64,000 nucleotides of DNA from Paraspadella gotoi (Eukaryota > Animalia > Chaetognatha), in contig CM119270.1 of the NCBI GenBank assembly GCA_051294375.1, positions 3,774,301 to 3,838,300 of the forward strand, read 5' to 3'. Shown here piece after piece: positions 1-12,536 of the stretch. The notes beneath the pieces were generated by a model, which saw only the letters and a program-made list of their open reading frames with translations, did no database searches and was not told the origin of the DNA. Each line of letters starts with the position of its first letter. The stretch's first letter is position 1. A program made the translations under genes and the position numbers.

Positions 1-727
1 TTTCTTTTCATAACTTCCTTTTTTAAATTTTTCGCGCTTTTTCCTATTTTCCTCTCCTTTCTTTTTCCTTTTACGTTTTTGTCCCGATCTAATACCATGT
101 TGCACCCAGGTCGCCATGTTGTAAATTCTTCATCTTATTTTAGTATTTTTTATCATGACATTTTACCCTCAGACTGAGACATTGCATCTTCCTTTCACCG
201 TCACAGATTCCAAGAGACAATTTTATAAATGATTTCGCTAAAATAAGATAACGAGGAACGAGTCGCGAACTCGAGACGCGCCGATCATAAGCGGAGATCC
301 CACCACTCGTACGTATCGACCATAGCCCCCCCCCCCAACCGGCGTCAATTTTCCAGAGCGAAGATTTCTCGCCCAAAGAAATTGCGGGATCTCGCATCGG
401 GATCCCAACACCCACAAACAGGTGAAACATAAAAGGCCCAAAAACCATTTCTATCTCTCTCNNNNNNNNNNNNNNNNNNNNNNNNNNNNNNNNNNNNNNN
501 NNNNNNNNNNNNNNNNNNNNNNNNNNNNNNNNNNNNNNNNNNNNNNNNNNNNNNNNNNNNNNNNNNNNNNNNNNNNNNNNNNNNNNNNNNNNNNNNNNNN
601 NNNNNNNNNNNNNNNNNNNNNNNNNNNNNNNNNNNNNNNNNNNNNNNNNNNNNNNNNNNNNNNNNNNNNNNNNNNNNNNNNNNNNNNNNNNNNNNNNNNN
701 NNNNNNNNNNNNNNNNNNNNNNNNNNN

Positions 728-761
<34 letters not shown>

Positions 762-2069
762 GCTGCAAATATGGGAACAAAGGAGAATGGCGAGGACATG
801 AAGTAGAGTGGACAAAAGTAAAAAGGAATCACAGAAATGGAAAATGGACGCTTAAGCATTTGCGCCAAGTGAAAGACAAAAAGACGCAGTCTCAGACAGA
901 CAGACAGATAACAGACTTTCATACCTATCCACAAATAGATATACAGACAGACAGACAAAACAGGTAGATTACCCGACAAACCCAGAAGCTAATCTCAGTC
1001 TCGAGACTTCACCAATTCCAAATCTCACTCCGTCTTTCCTCTACTTTTTCTCCGCATTTAATTCACACTTTTTCTTTTTTTTTTTGTGAAAATTTTGACG
1101 CCATTACGAAAAGGCATTCTCTCTGTCCGTCTGTCCGTTTTTTGACGCTACGAAAAGGCATTCTCTCTGTCCGTCTGTCCATTCCATCTAAATTTTCCTC
1201 TTCATTTCTATCAAACGCCGTCTCCGTCTCCCTTCCATCCAATGAATGGCCTTATTTTCCAAAAATAATACATTAATACTAAACTTAAGTTAAGAAATAA
1301 AAACAATAAAAACGGGACGCTTTCCGAAAATAGCGCCGTGCGAATGTCTCCCTTTTTTCTTTCCCTCCTTACGTTCGGCCGGAGGAGGAGGAGGAAGAGG
1401 AGGAGGAAGGGGGGGAAGGGTTGACATGCAATCCCTGTTTGCATAATATGCAGATGACGGATCGTATCGTCGTCATAACCATAAACGTTGATTAATCGAG
1501 TCAGAGTTTTAACCACCTGAACCACGAAATATAAGCAGTTTTATCACATAAAGGATCGTTCCATGACCAAATTTTCATTAAAAATCTACATTCCAAATAA
1601 GATTCTCTCGGAACCGTGTTCTGGTCACAAAAAAGGGTACCAAGCATTTTATAATATGAAGTCTTCTGTAGCTAAATTGCTCCGCTCCCTTCTGACAGGC
1701 GAACAAGTAAAAACGTTGAAAAGAGTAGAATTGGCATTCAATTCGGAAATATCGATGAAATAAAAATTTAGTTTGGCTGAAGGGCTTTTTCGTGAACTCC
1801 AAAAAGAAACTAGCTTGTTTATTTTTTTTATAATCATGAATTCTTGTAGTTTCGCTTTAAAAAATGAAATGATCTGAATTCAAGTTTGAGTTTATCTGGG
1901 GTAGGGGGAGGAGCATGTTCAGATAAATTGTTACGTATATTTGGAGAGGGTAGGAGGAGGGTTTGAGGGGGGAAGGGATGGATGAGAGAAGGGTATGGAG
2001 GGGGATAGAAGGGTATGGAGGGGGGATGAAGGGTATGAGTGGGTGACTAGAAAGAGGTTGTGAGATATT

Positions 2070-2190
2070 TTAGAGAGAGATGTCAAGGAGTTTCCAGCCT
2101 CGAAATAGAAATGGCTTTCAACGAACCCGCGCCATCGGGGCGGGTCCAATACCGGATGGGTCATAGGACGTGAGATTGAATTGTTATTAG
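2070..2190 (+). repeat. Dispersed repeat; related copy at about 13716-13803
   Basis: AGAGAGATGT(G)CAAGGAGTTTCCARCCTC..AGAAATGGCTT(T)CAAC is shared. Confidence 0.6.
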
Positions 2191-4526
2191 TCCTATATGA
2201 CGAAATGGTTCTATGTCGGTTTATTATATTAAGTGAGTTTTCCATGTTTTTCCCCCCTCGGGACTTTTATTTTATTAAAACCCTTAATTTTCAAATAAAA
2301 GTACAACAGGAACCTGACATCAATCTGTACAAGAATTACCGAAAAAGACTTAAATTTAATCTCGTGAATTCTTTTCACTGTATATTACTTTTAATCACAT
2401 TAAATTGAAAGATACTTAAAGGTTTATATTGTCCTACCTGTAGAAAATGTTCCAATTTCCTAGATAAACATAATTCAGTGGCCTTTCAACTTTTGTCCGC
2501 AATTTTAACAATTTTTTAAATGCCTGATTGTGACGTATAATCTGTAATAGAAAAACTAGGTGATAAAAAATATTGGCTCTTTGTTTGGAATAATTAGAAG
2601 TTTGTTCGTTTGTTTGGTTTGTGAATAGACTAATAGGCTAACTCCCTTCTTCAACCGTCCTGTCAAGTAACCTTACATTTTAGAAAGTAAGATTAAAAGA
2701 AAAAATTTATTAATTTTTTTTATTTAAAAGATACACAGTGCCTGATTATTTCTTTTGAGTGATCTTCAAATTAGGAATAGGAAAGGTAAAGTACATGATG
2801 TAAATTTCGCTAAAAGAGGCATTTTTAAAAATGCGAATGAAAATTAGTTTGAAAAATAAAATTGTGTATTTTGTTTACAAACAACGATTTTATTAGAAAC
2901 AAATAACGAACATGTTTCAACTTATTTGTAAGGCGAATTAAATGTTTTCACGAGTTTGTTTTGAAAATGTGAACAAAGAGGGAGGGAGAGAGAGATGAGA
3001 GAAAGGTTTCCAACAAAGAATTTGAAAAAGACAGTGCTAATTTGAGGACATATTAAAGATTGTAGGAAGAATAGAGTGAAGGGAAAGTGAAAGAGAAGAA
3101 AAAAAAAACGCTCAATGCGAGCTAAAAGGGGAAACTAAATGAAATTAAATCTACTACAAATAAATAAATTATAATAAAAAAAGATGTATTTTTTACAAAA
3201 ATGCGTCTTATAAAATGTTTAAAAGCCAAGCTACTCATGTAACTGAAGATGGCAAACGGAGCCTTTCCCATAGTTTCAGAACTTTTAAGGCAGCAGCCTA
3301 ATCCGGAGTAAGTATTCACTGATAAAGGGTTAATTTGACTTTCGCCGACGAGGGGTTAGTGGGGTTAGAGCCTTAAGGTGGTTTAGGGGTGGTTTAAGTT
3401 AGTGGTGGTAGGGTTAAGAGGGTTTAGGGTAGGATAATTAGTAGAGCTGAGGGTGTCTAGATAAAAGGACTAGGTAATAATTTTTCTAATTTTTTTTTTT
3501 AAATACTAATTTTTAAATAATTTTTAAAAAGACGCGCAACGCCCTGTCGGCACAAATAAAATTCTATAATATCGTAAATAGCAATTTTGTCAAAATCTAA
3601 GGCCTAAAACTTATTTTACATCGTAATATTTTAGTTGAGAGTAGACTGGAGTCTACGTCGTTCTTAGAAATCGAGGAAGACTTTTTCAATGAGATTTTTT
3701 GTTAAAATCTGACTAACCAAATTAAATGTCAGACGCCCCTGGGAAAAAATTCAGGTAAAAATAGATGTAAAGACACTGCGATTCCGATCGCATGTTGGGC
3801 ATCTGAAGGCTCGCATTTTTTTTCTCTGACAATAGACCATAATTTTTGACATCGAACATTCGATTTCAAAATGGACTGGTCGCTCGGGAATATTTTTGAT
3901 GAAATTTTTATATATAAATAAAGGGAATTTCTCAATTCAAATACACAATGCTCCAACGCATTTAAGGTATGTTGTCATTTTACAATAAACTTCGAATTCA
4001 GGAATCATGAATAGCAAATATGCTCTGAAAAGGGCTCTCAAAATTTTTCATTGTTAGCATTATCTATTATGGTTATCTTGAATATGATACGCCATCATGT
4101 TAACGTGAAATTAGTCGCATTTTGGTGAATTTTACTTAAAGTAAAAAGTAATAAGAGGAGCTAAGTTGAGTACCGGATTCTAAAGAGTTTTTTCAACCGG
4201 GAGTCTGTATTCTGAAATAATCTTTATATTTGCGGCCCCGCTTGGAAAAATATATAAACATCCCTTTTTTTTTGCCAAAAAGAAGGGGTGGTTTTCCGAA
4301 GATTTTGGTTAATATTATAGCTATGATTTATGGTCGGATTATTAAATTTGAGAACACCTTTGTAAAATAGCAATATTACGCCATCATTCTATGCATTGGC
4401 CGGTCAAAGAAGTATATTAAAAAACCTTGACTTTTTTTGTGCAGAGCTTAGTCCTAAGTAGACGCCTAACAAACGTCCTTTTCTAAATAAACATATATTA
4501 TATAGGATATTTTGCAGAAATGAGAC

Positions 4527-4849
4527 CTGGAAACCGGTCTCCCCGGGCGGTATTCCTTCGCTGATGATCTCTCCATTTTTTAGAAGTCGTCCTTTATCTT
4601 TCGATCGCTGCGGCGAGGCAATGGCTTTGTCCGCGGACTAGAAGTCAAAAATGTTTGTTACGTAAAATATGCATTATTTTAAAACGGCTGCAAACGGTAG
4701 AACTATAAACTTATAAATTATTGTTTTGAACGATTCAACAGCAACCTTCGGCGATTCTGATCGTTGGATCGCGGCCTTTTTCTTTGTCGCGCTCGATAGC
4801 GAGTGGAGGAGGGTGTAAAACGCGTTTGCGCCGGCGACACAACGAGTTT

Positions 4850-4886
<37 letters not shown>

Positions 4887-5654
4887 ACCCGCGCCCCGCC
4901 GCCCGCCGCCACCCCCCCACGCCCCCCCCCCCCACCCCCCCCCCCCCCCCCCCACCACCCCCCCCCCCCCCCGCCCCCCCCCTCCCCCCCCCCCGTGAAA
5001 CGCGCTTAGCCTTTTCTTTGAAGCTCTTCCGGTTTCGTTTTCTCAGGTCTGATAGAAAAACTTAAGAATTGGGCGAAAAACCAAAAAAAAAAGTTACAAA
5101 TAGTTCCATACTTCATAGTATAAAGATTACATAAAAATAATAGTAAGATTATAAAAGAAGGTTTTGTGCGGAAAACTATCTCATTTACAAGCGATTAAAG
5201 AACGTCTCTTTGTTTTGCATCGTGAACTGATGGTTCCCTCGATAGGCAAGACAAAAGACCAAAGAAGACAGGCAATGCAAAACCTAACCTGAAATCACTA
5301 CGCGACGAGGATTGCTCCATCGTTGGGCCCTGGGCTCGATGTATTCTATCCTTCGTTGCCAAGGACGTTGACGTGGAGGCTCGTATTTCGATGATACCTC
5401 CTCCGTCGATCAGCTATATACTCGACTTTTTCCCTCTCCCGCACCGTCCGCGTCTTGAGCTCGCGTCGCGCCTCTTCCCTCGAACATATGTTTAGTGCGC
5501 TCTTATATGAGGACTTCGGCCGTGGAAGTGGAAGGCGCCATCGAGATCTCGCCGCCCAACTGCCGGCAGGCAGCGCCCTTCCTCCTCCTGCCTCTTCTTG
5601 TGGGGCACGAAAAACAATAGAGACCCGATTGAAATTCGAGCCTGCGATAAGCAT
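4527..5654 (-). CDS. Possible exons of an unidentified charged protein, divergent from CASK (about 5654-5289, 5048-4746, 4637-4527), frameshifted
   Basis: GC-rich blocks bounded by AG/GT sites on the minus strand, with coding-like peptides such as REEARRELKTRTVREREKVEYIAD and EYIEPRAQRWSNPRRVVIS. No family recognised. Confidence 0.35.
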
Positions 5655-7063
5655 TATTTTTAGGCGTTAGACAAAGTTCAAACATCTGAAAAAAGTTTGA
5701 AACATCGGCACACGTACTCCTTTCAAAACTATCTGTTACGCAGGGACGAATTGGTCAGGGGACAAAGGGGACTGCTGTAAGGAGAAGACGCCACGACGTT
5801 CTAATGTCGCCTGGCAAGTCGCCTATGTCATGCTGGGAAGTGGAGGCCCTGTGATATAAAGCAGGACATAAAATACATTGTCCCTTACGTAAATATATTT
5901 TTATACCTGTACATTGAGGACAAAACGGTCCTAATTAAGAGAGTTCAACTGGACCGCATAAGTGACAGCCTTTTCATTCCGGTTATGTCCATAACGAAGA
6001 ATCGGAACCGCCAAAACTCTGCTTGCAAAAAAAAGTGAATTGGGTGAATGACAAGGTTTCACCGCTTTGTTCAGAATATGACGGCTTTTTCTTCTCTCTA
6101 GGGTCAGCACGCCCTAGAGCTATTGGACGATTTGTAGGAGCAGGGTCACATCAGATGATAATTTAACTTGTGATGTTGTCGCCATCGGAGCGCCCGTCCC
6201 TTTCCGTTTCCTTCTCTTTTTTTGGGGCCGCATTTGTCATCTGCGGCTTTTTCTTTTTCTTTTCCCGATGCGCACGATTTCACCTGAATTTAATGGCGAG
6301 AAATTTCGCTTTAAAGTTCTTGTGATTATTATTTTGTTTTCGGGGACGTCACGGGGAAGTAACAGTTCTTGGATGGTGCTGCCGGAGCCAAGGTGGTGCG
6401 TTCGCAAATTTGGCTCGAAGACTTTAGTTGTGCAGCAGTCGCACATATTGAATTGTATTGATTGAAAGTTGTCAAGGCTGATTTATGTTTACTCGACAAA
6501 CCTTTTTACTTTTATAAAATAAAAATAGATAGCTTTACTTCGCAAGTTTTCCTGTGGTCATGATAAAGAATTTCAAATAGAGCGCGTTGTCGAGCAAAGA
6601 ATGCAATGTTTTAACTCGCATAAAATGAGCTGAAAAACAATCTTGATAACCTTTAAAACCAGAAAACAAGGAACCGTACTTTCAATATGTTTGGTCTTTT
6701 ACGTGTATTTCCAGGTAATTTAGGCACAATAGGCTAATAAGTTATACACACGTACTGCATCGGAATTCGCTGCTTTTAATTTTTATTTCTTTACAAAACA
6801 AAAGGTAGTGCTAAGTCGAGTACTCGCGGTGCAACTTAAAAATTTAGAAAGGGCGGTAATTCATATAAATACGAAGGAAACACGCAAAGTTTATCATACT
6901 TTTATTATAAAATATAGCTATAAAAATTATATACGTATGATGTATTTAAAAAAATATAAATAATATGAAATTGAGTACAACCTAATATAAAAATTATCTA
7001 TTCTCATTTTATAGAGTAAGCCTATTCTTGCCACCTGAACTTTGGACAGGGCTTTGGTGGTTT

Positions 7064-7216
7064 AAGGCCTCCATCTACTCTTCGACAGATAATGACATAG
7101 CAGGTCCGCTGGCCAAGGTTTACAATCAAGACTCTGCGTCACAGTCTCGTTTATTCACTGGCTTCGCTATGCAAATGAGATGTGTTATAATATTTCAAGA
7201 GTGATTTCAATTGTAT
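7064..7216 (+). repeat. Dispersed repeat; inverted copy at 15254-15386
   Basis: AAGGCCTCCATC..AGATAAT.ACATAGCAGGTCC..CAATCAAGACT..TCACAGTCTC.TTTATTCACT is shared in opposite orientation. Confidence 0.7.
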
Positions 7217-8058
7217 TATAATTGTATATAATTTATATATGTTACCGCGTTATTTGAAAGTTTTCTTCAACTGTACTATGAAGAAGTATAAGAATCTTAA
7301 ATCAGTTTAACAAGAATTGCTGCTGCCAAGAGACCTACTTAAGTTTTTACCGATCAAAGTAAGTCTTTCAGGCTTCAAGCCTTTAAGTTTAACTGATGCA
7401 TACTTTGGCAAGGTGTTTGCAAAGGTCTTCCGTCTTTTCGGTTACACAAAATCAAAACAAACGGTAGCAAACGTCCGAGAAGCGAAGATCTTCATTTGAG
7501 ATCTTCGTCCGAGCGAACAGTTAAGTTCAACAGTCGATCTAGAGATGTCCATAGTGACCCCAATGGGGCGGCGAGGTGATTCCCAGTCACAGCTGCGTTT
7601 ACTTTTATTTTTTTGGGCGGGACTGAGTTGGTGAAGGAATGGAGGGAAGATTCCCCCGTGTCGTTTTTTGCCTTAGGTTGCGCCGGATCGGAGGCATGGA
7701 AGAGAAGAGAGAAGGGTCCTCCCTCTGTTTTCTTCGCCTTTTGGGTCTCCTCTTACTCTCCTCATCCTCTTCACTCGTTACAAAACAGTGGCAACAAATT
7801 TGCATTCACAGCAGAAAATAAATCTCATTTAACATTTTTAAAATATGTCAACAATATTATTCTCTTCTACTTTCATTGAATTAAATAGCTTCGTTTGAGT
7901 CTTGCCACTGACGCAGCGTATTTTCCAGCGGAGCAGTTTAGCTAAAGACCCGAAGCTTTCTCGAGATGAAAATCAAATCTGTTATGTATAGTAGATTAAG
8001 TAGGCGGGGCGCAAAAGTTAAACGTTCAGGCTTAAAATTTCATTTTTAAATATGTTAG

Positions 8059-11000
8059 AATGGTAGGGGAAACGGACCTAACCGAACGGGGACAACTTTC
8101 GCCCCATTGGAAAACCGAGCCTCCGAACTTCGTTGACCTCCAACAGTTCTTCGACCGTTGTTTCAGCATGTCTAGCGATTTGTGCGAGGTCATCGGCGAA
8201 GGGTCCCTTTTCAAATCGTCAGGTTATCGAGTCAATGTTGGCCTGCTCGAAGGATCTTCCCGGATCTTGCGCCCTGAAACTTTTTTTTTCAGGCGATGGC
8301 GTTCATCGGCACAAAAACAATCGTACGCCGTCGCAAGAATCGTTGACCTGGGAACGATTCGGCGAACGAGCCGGCGGTCTTTCATCGACGAGCCTTCAAA
8401 GCGGGAGGCCTCAATGCTGCCACAATGCTCAAGATCGCTCACATCGTCGAACTACTGGAGACTTATTCGTCGAAGTACGTACTTTGTAATATTGGATGAT
8501 GGCCAATAATAGATAACAAGATAGAATGGGCTTTCAAGCAAGAGCTTGATTTGATGTTTTAGGAATGCTCTATATGGTCTTTGAGTAACATGGAGACGGC
8601 GCGAGAGACTTGTGCTTTGAGATCGTCGAACAGCAGGGCGCACGGCTGGATACGTCTCAGCGAAGGCGGTCGCGTTCGTTTTACGTAAGGCAGGTTGTTT
8701 GTTTTATTTTAAACTTAAGTTTGTTACCTGGTATGATTCTAATTTGCTCATTGGATGGCTGCGATGGCGAACAAGTTTGGATTAAATTGTCAAAGGTTAT
8801 GAAAAAGTTTGATTTGTTTTTTGATTTTTATGTTTTATTGAATATCTGGTTAGGTTTTCTCTTTAAAATTATAAACCTATGTATAGGTAAATTTAAATTT
8901 AAGTCATTTTCGTTTTGTTAACTAGGTTTTGCGAAGCTGTTCGATATTGCACGAAAACGACATAGTTCACCGTGACATGCCAAACCACATTGTGTTTTGC
9001 TGGCTTCCAAGGAAACTCCGCTCCAGTTAAGCTAGGTAAACATTATTCAAATCCAGTTTAATAATTTCTCTAGTAGATTTTAAAAATGCATTAACTTAAT
9101 TGAATTAATTTTCTTTTCTACAGGTGGATGTCGCGGTTTCAGTGAACTGGACGGCGGGTTCAGCCTCAAACGTAGCGGCCTGCGCGTGGGCAGCGCCTAA
9201 CCTTCATGGCTCCGAAGTGTCCAATGTCTGCCCTATGGAAAACCGTAGATATGTGGGCCTGCGGTGTTCTGCTGTTCCTGCTCCTGGGCGGACATTTGCC
9301 AATTTTTGGGAGCAAAAGACCTGACTTTACGAATGAAATCGTTCAAGGACGGTAATTATGACTAATAATGCTTTTCAAATTTTTTTATAGACCTACAATA
9401 AAAAACCGTAATAATTACCATTGTTTTGATTATGCAGCTACTGCATGCGTCCTAGTGTCTGGTCCCGCTATTTCTGGCGAAGCCAAGGACGGCTCGTACC
9501 CGTGCTACTCGCCGTTGACCCAAGGAGGCGTCTCACTGTCGAGGAAGGCACTGCAGCATGCCTTGCCGATCGCGCGCAGCGAGAAAGCTACCGCTCTCAA
9601 GACGCACCTCAGCGAGACAGCGTAGAGGAATCTCTCGATTCAACACCGGAGGAAAACTGAAGGCAGCGGTTCTCTCGCGGCCGTCGGCCAGGTTCCAAGT
9701 GAGTGAGATGATTGCATATTTGTGCAAAACTTTTTTGAGTAGAGAAAACTGTTTAATTCCTCCAGATGGCCAGACACGTTGGCCTTTGGATGCCGAGAGT
9801 CGCCCGGCTCTTGAGGATTCTACGTCTCGATCGGCGTTGCCGCCGTCTTGGATTCGCTCGACGACGCTCAGGTTTAGTCTACCTGATTAACCCTCGAACG
9901 AGAATAAAATCAGCTTGTTGAATTAATCATGTTCTTATTATTTCCATCTCGGGTGCCTTCAACTTGGATTTGACGCTGACTCTGCCTACCGGAGACGTCA
10001 ATCGTTACTGGCTTTCACGACCACCGCCTCATTCCTTGCTCAACCTTTCGACAACATCCTCGCCCGGAACTTCCGGAAGGCCACGCGCGATGGGGGCGGG
10101 CCCATCTCACCGGAAGAGGCCAAAGGCAAAGCTAAGACTCGCCTTGCAATCGCTCTCGCCTGACGTCCACGATCCATTGTTCTTAGCAGAGTGAGTTTAC
10201 GGTATGACCGTTACATGACGGTCTCGTCTGGCAAACTTGGAAGCTGACGCTTTTTCTAAACTTGGCTAAAAATGCCTCATTTTGTTGCCGCTTCAAGGTT
10301 AAGGAATTAGCCCTGCGCTCATGTCATCGCCAAACATGATGTCCGCAGCTACTGGCCGCCGCACGATTGTGGTAGCCAGGAAGTTTAGCGGCGCGGACGC
10401 ATTCGAGTCACGCCTGCACTTTTTTCAGTGCCGTCGCCTCAACGAAGAACCGGAAAAACGAGCCTGGTAAATTTTTAATCAAAGACGAAAAGATGATTTT
10501 GGCGAACTTTCTAGTCGAGTTCAAATCTGCTTACGTCATCTATTTTTTTTTCGGTTATACTTTAACAGACAAGGCACGGGGAAGCGACCGTTCCGGCGAT
10601 CGAGAAAGTAACTCGGGTACGCCTGCGTTCATTTTCAAAAAAATTTCCGACGAACCCATGGGAATTAGCTTTGCGTCCTCAACAAGACAACCGTTTGCAT
10701 AGTCCGGCGAAAGGATTCTGTAAGGGTGGCCATGATCGATCGACAAGGAGCAGTTGCAGGTTTCATAGTTGGGGAACCGCTTTTAAGTGGCTTAAATCAA
10801 ATGATAAAGATTATCTTAAAATGATTGTTTAACACGGTCAGGTTGCGCGACGAAGATTCCGCGAGATAAACGGAATCTCGGTGATGAAATCAGACGGTGG
10901 ACGTCTATCAAACGAATGCTGCGATCCGTCCGGGGATCCATCACCTTCAAGATTGTAAGCCCTCGTACCGAAGGACAACCACCTCCATGCGAAATCTAGC

Positions 11001-12536
11001 GTTAGGGCTCAGTTTCTTAGCGACCCTTCCCAGGTATTTTAATTAGAACTCTCGGTCTCGAACTAAAAAAACGAATGTTTTCTATTCCGACCTATAAAAT
11101 CTCGTTTAATCTCTGCAGGGACGAGCTGATTCGCGTGTTGTCAAGGCGGGACTCGCGTTAAATTGGGGATGTGCTACAAAATCCTTAGCAAGATCGATCA
11201 CACTGAGGTGGGCAAGGTCGCGGGTGTTGCCTAGCAAATCGATGCCTCGCTGCTCAAGGGAGGTAAATCAGGGTCCAGCCGGAATCATTTCCCTCTCCGG
11301 AATTAACAAAGTTAGTGAATAAATCCGCGTTCGAGTTAGATGCGTAAAACTTTATTAGCGCACTATGGTATATGCAACAGGAATGGCGAACCACTTGCAT
11401 CGCGTTAGAAAAAGCTCGCTGGAAGCTGCGCGTCCAGCAGGCTGCTCTTGGTTTTCCAAAAAAAAGAGAGCCGCGCGACGGCGAAGAGCTCGCAGAGGTG
11501 CCGGGCGGCCCTAGATTCCGTCGACGTCCTCAGCGCTACGAAGAGGTGGTCCGAGTCGCTGCTTTCCGCCAGGAGACCTTTGTGCTCATAAGGTGAGTGA
11601 TGCTGAAAACGCATTTGAAAGAGAAGCCGCTTTGGTTTGACGTAATTATATAAATCTATCATTATTTAATGATCTCTGATGAGGGCAGCTGGCGGCTCAC
11701 GGAGTGGGGTCGTGCGAACATCCAAGAATACACTAATCAGCATGCATGCCAAAGAAGTTGCGGCTTATGCCATGTCGCTCACACCACGCGGTCCATGCGC
11801 GCGAAAAGGACGAGGGAAAGACGGAAAAAACTACTAGCTTTCGTCACGCCCAACAAGTCAGTTTGATTTGTCGCGAGTCTCGTAGTACCTCTAGTTCAAT
11901 CCGTTGAAAAATGGGATTAGTCCTCGCTCAGTTCTAAATTCAGATGATGGCATTGATATCCCCAGCAACGAGATAACTTTAGAATACGGAACCCATGAAA
12001 GCGCCCCTCTACGGGAGCCACAGTTGTCCACCATGTCAGACATTCACAACCGGCAGGTGGCCATTGCTATTTTTGGACGATTGAACTCAGGCGCTTAAGG
12101 TGTTTCCTTTTGAAAGACAATGCGTTATGAGGGCGAAATAATATTTTCTTTCTTTTAGATTCTAAGGACAACGAATTTTCCGCCGCTACGTTGTCTTCGT
12201 GGCGCTGCCCTCGCCGCGGCTAAAAGTCAAAACAATTCCGCTTGAACGTCTGTACAAGGTGAAGACAGATTAATGTTGATTGCATGGTTTCGGCCGGAAT
12301 TCTACTCATGTGTAAGCGTTGTTATTTACTTAAAAAAAAGCCATAATTGTCATAAAATCAGATCTGAATAGGAATCGGAACTTCTGAAGACGGCCTACGG
12401 TCACACGTTCGACCGGTAAATCGTAAATGATGACAACAATGCGAAGAGACGCATAAAATCCTAGAGGCCGCCATGGAAGAGAAATCCATGCTTATGAGGG
12501 CACGGCGTGGGATTCCCAGCTGCCTGGGTCTACTAA
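8059..12536 (+). CDS. CASK: CASK/LIN-2 MAGUK (CaM-kinase-like domain, L27 region, PDZ, SH3, guanylate-kinase-like). About 17 short-intron exons; frame broken by many 1-nt indels; true start uncertain (possible upstream exon 7545-7575).
   Basis: Reading across frameshifts gives CASK peptides in the right order: DLCEVIG(K)GPFS (~8177-8213), KREAS..HIVELLETYSS (~8398-8474), GMLYMVFE..LCFEIV (8563-8625), IVHRD..KPHCVLLASKE..PVKLG|G (8962-9128), FMAPEV..YGKPVDMWACGVLLFLLLGG (~9200-9290), RRKLKAAVL (~9645-9675), PDZ SDEPMGIS and EINGISV..GSITFKIV (~10645-10955), SH3 VRAQF..DPSQ|DELI..GDVLQIL (~11000-11185), EWRTTCIALEK (11381-), YEEVV (~11537), GuK HTTR, LEYGTHE..LYG (~11780-12015), and C-terminal WVY-stop (TAA 12534-12536) as in CASK. 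GT-AG introns flank these blocks. Confidence 0.93.

Noticed and set aside
4851-4993. Poly-C tract giving poly-Pro/poly-Gly ORFs (formin/WASP-like or G-quadruplex)
   Set aside because: Near-homopolymer inside an error-rich segment with no flanking domain; most likely a low-quality read stretch.
8059-12536. CASK as a pseudogene
   Set aside because: Lesions are scattered 1-nt indels while amino-acid motifs, introns and the stop are conserved; this matches uncorrected long-read error, not decay.
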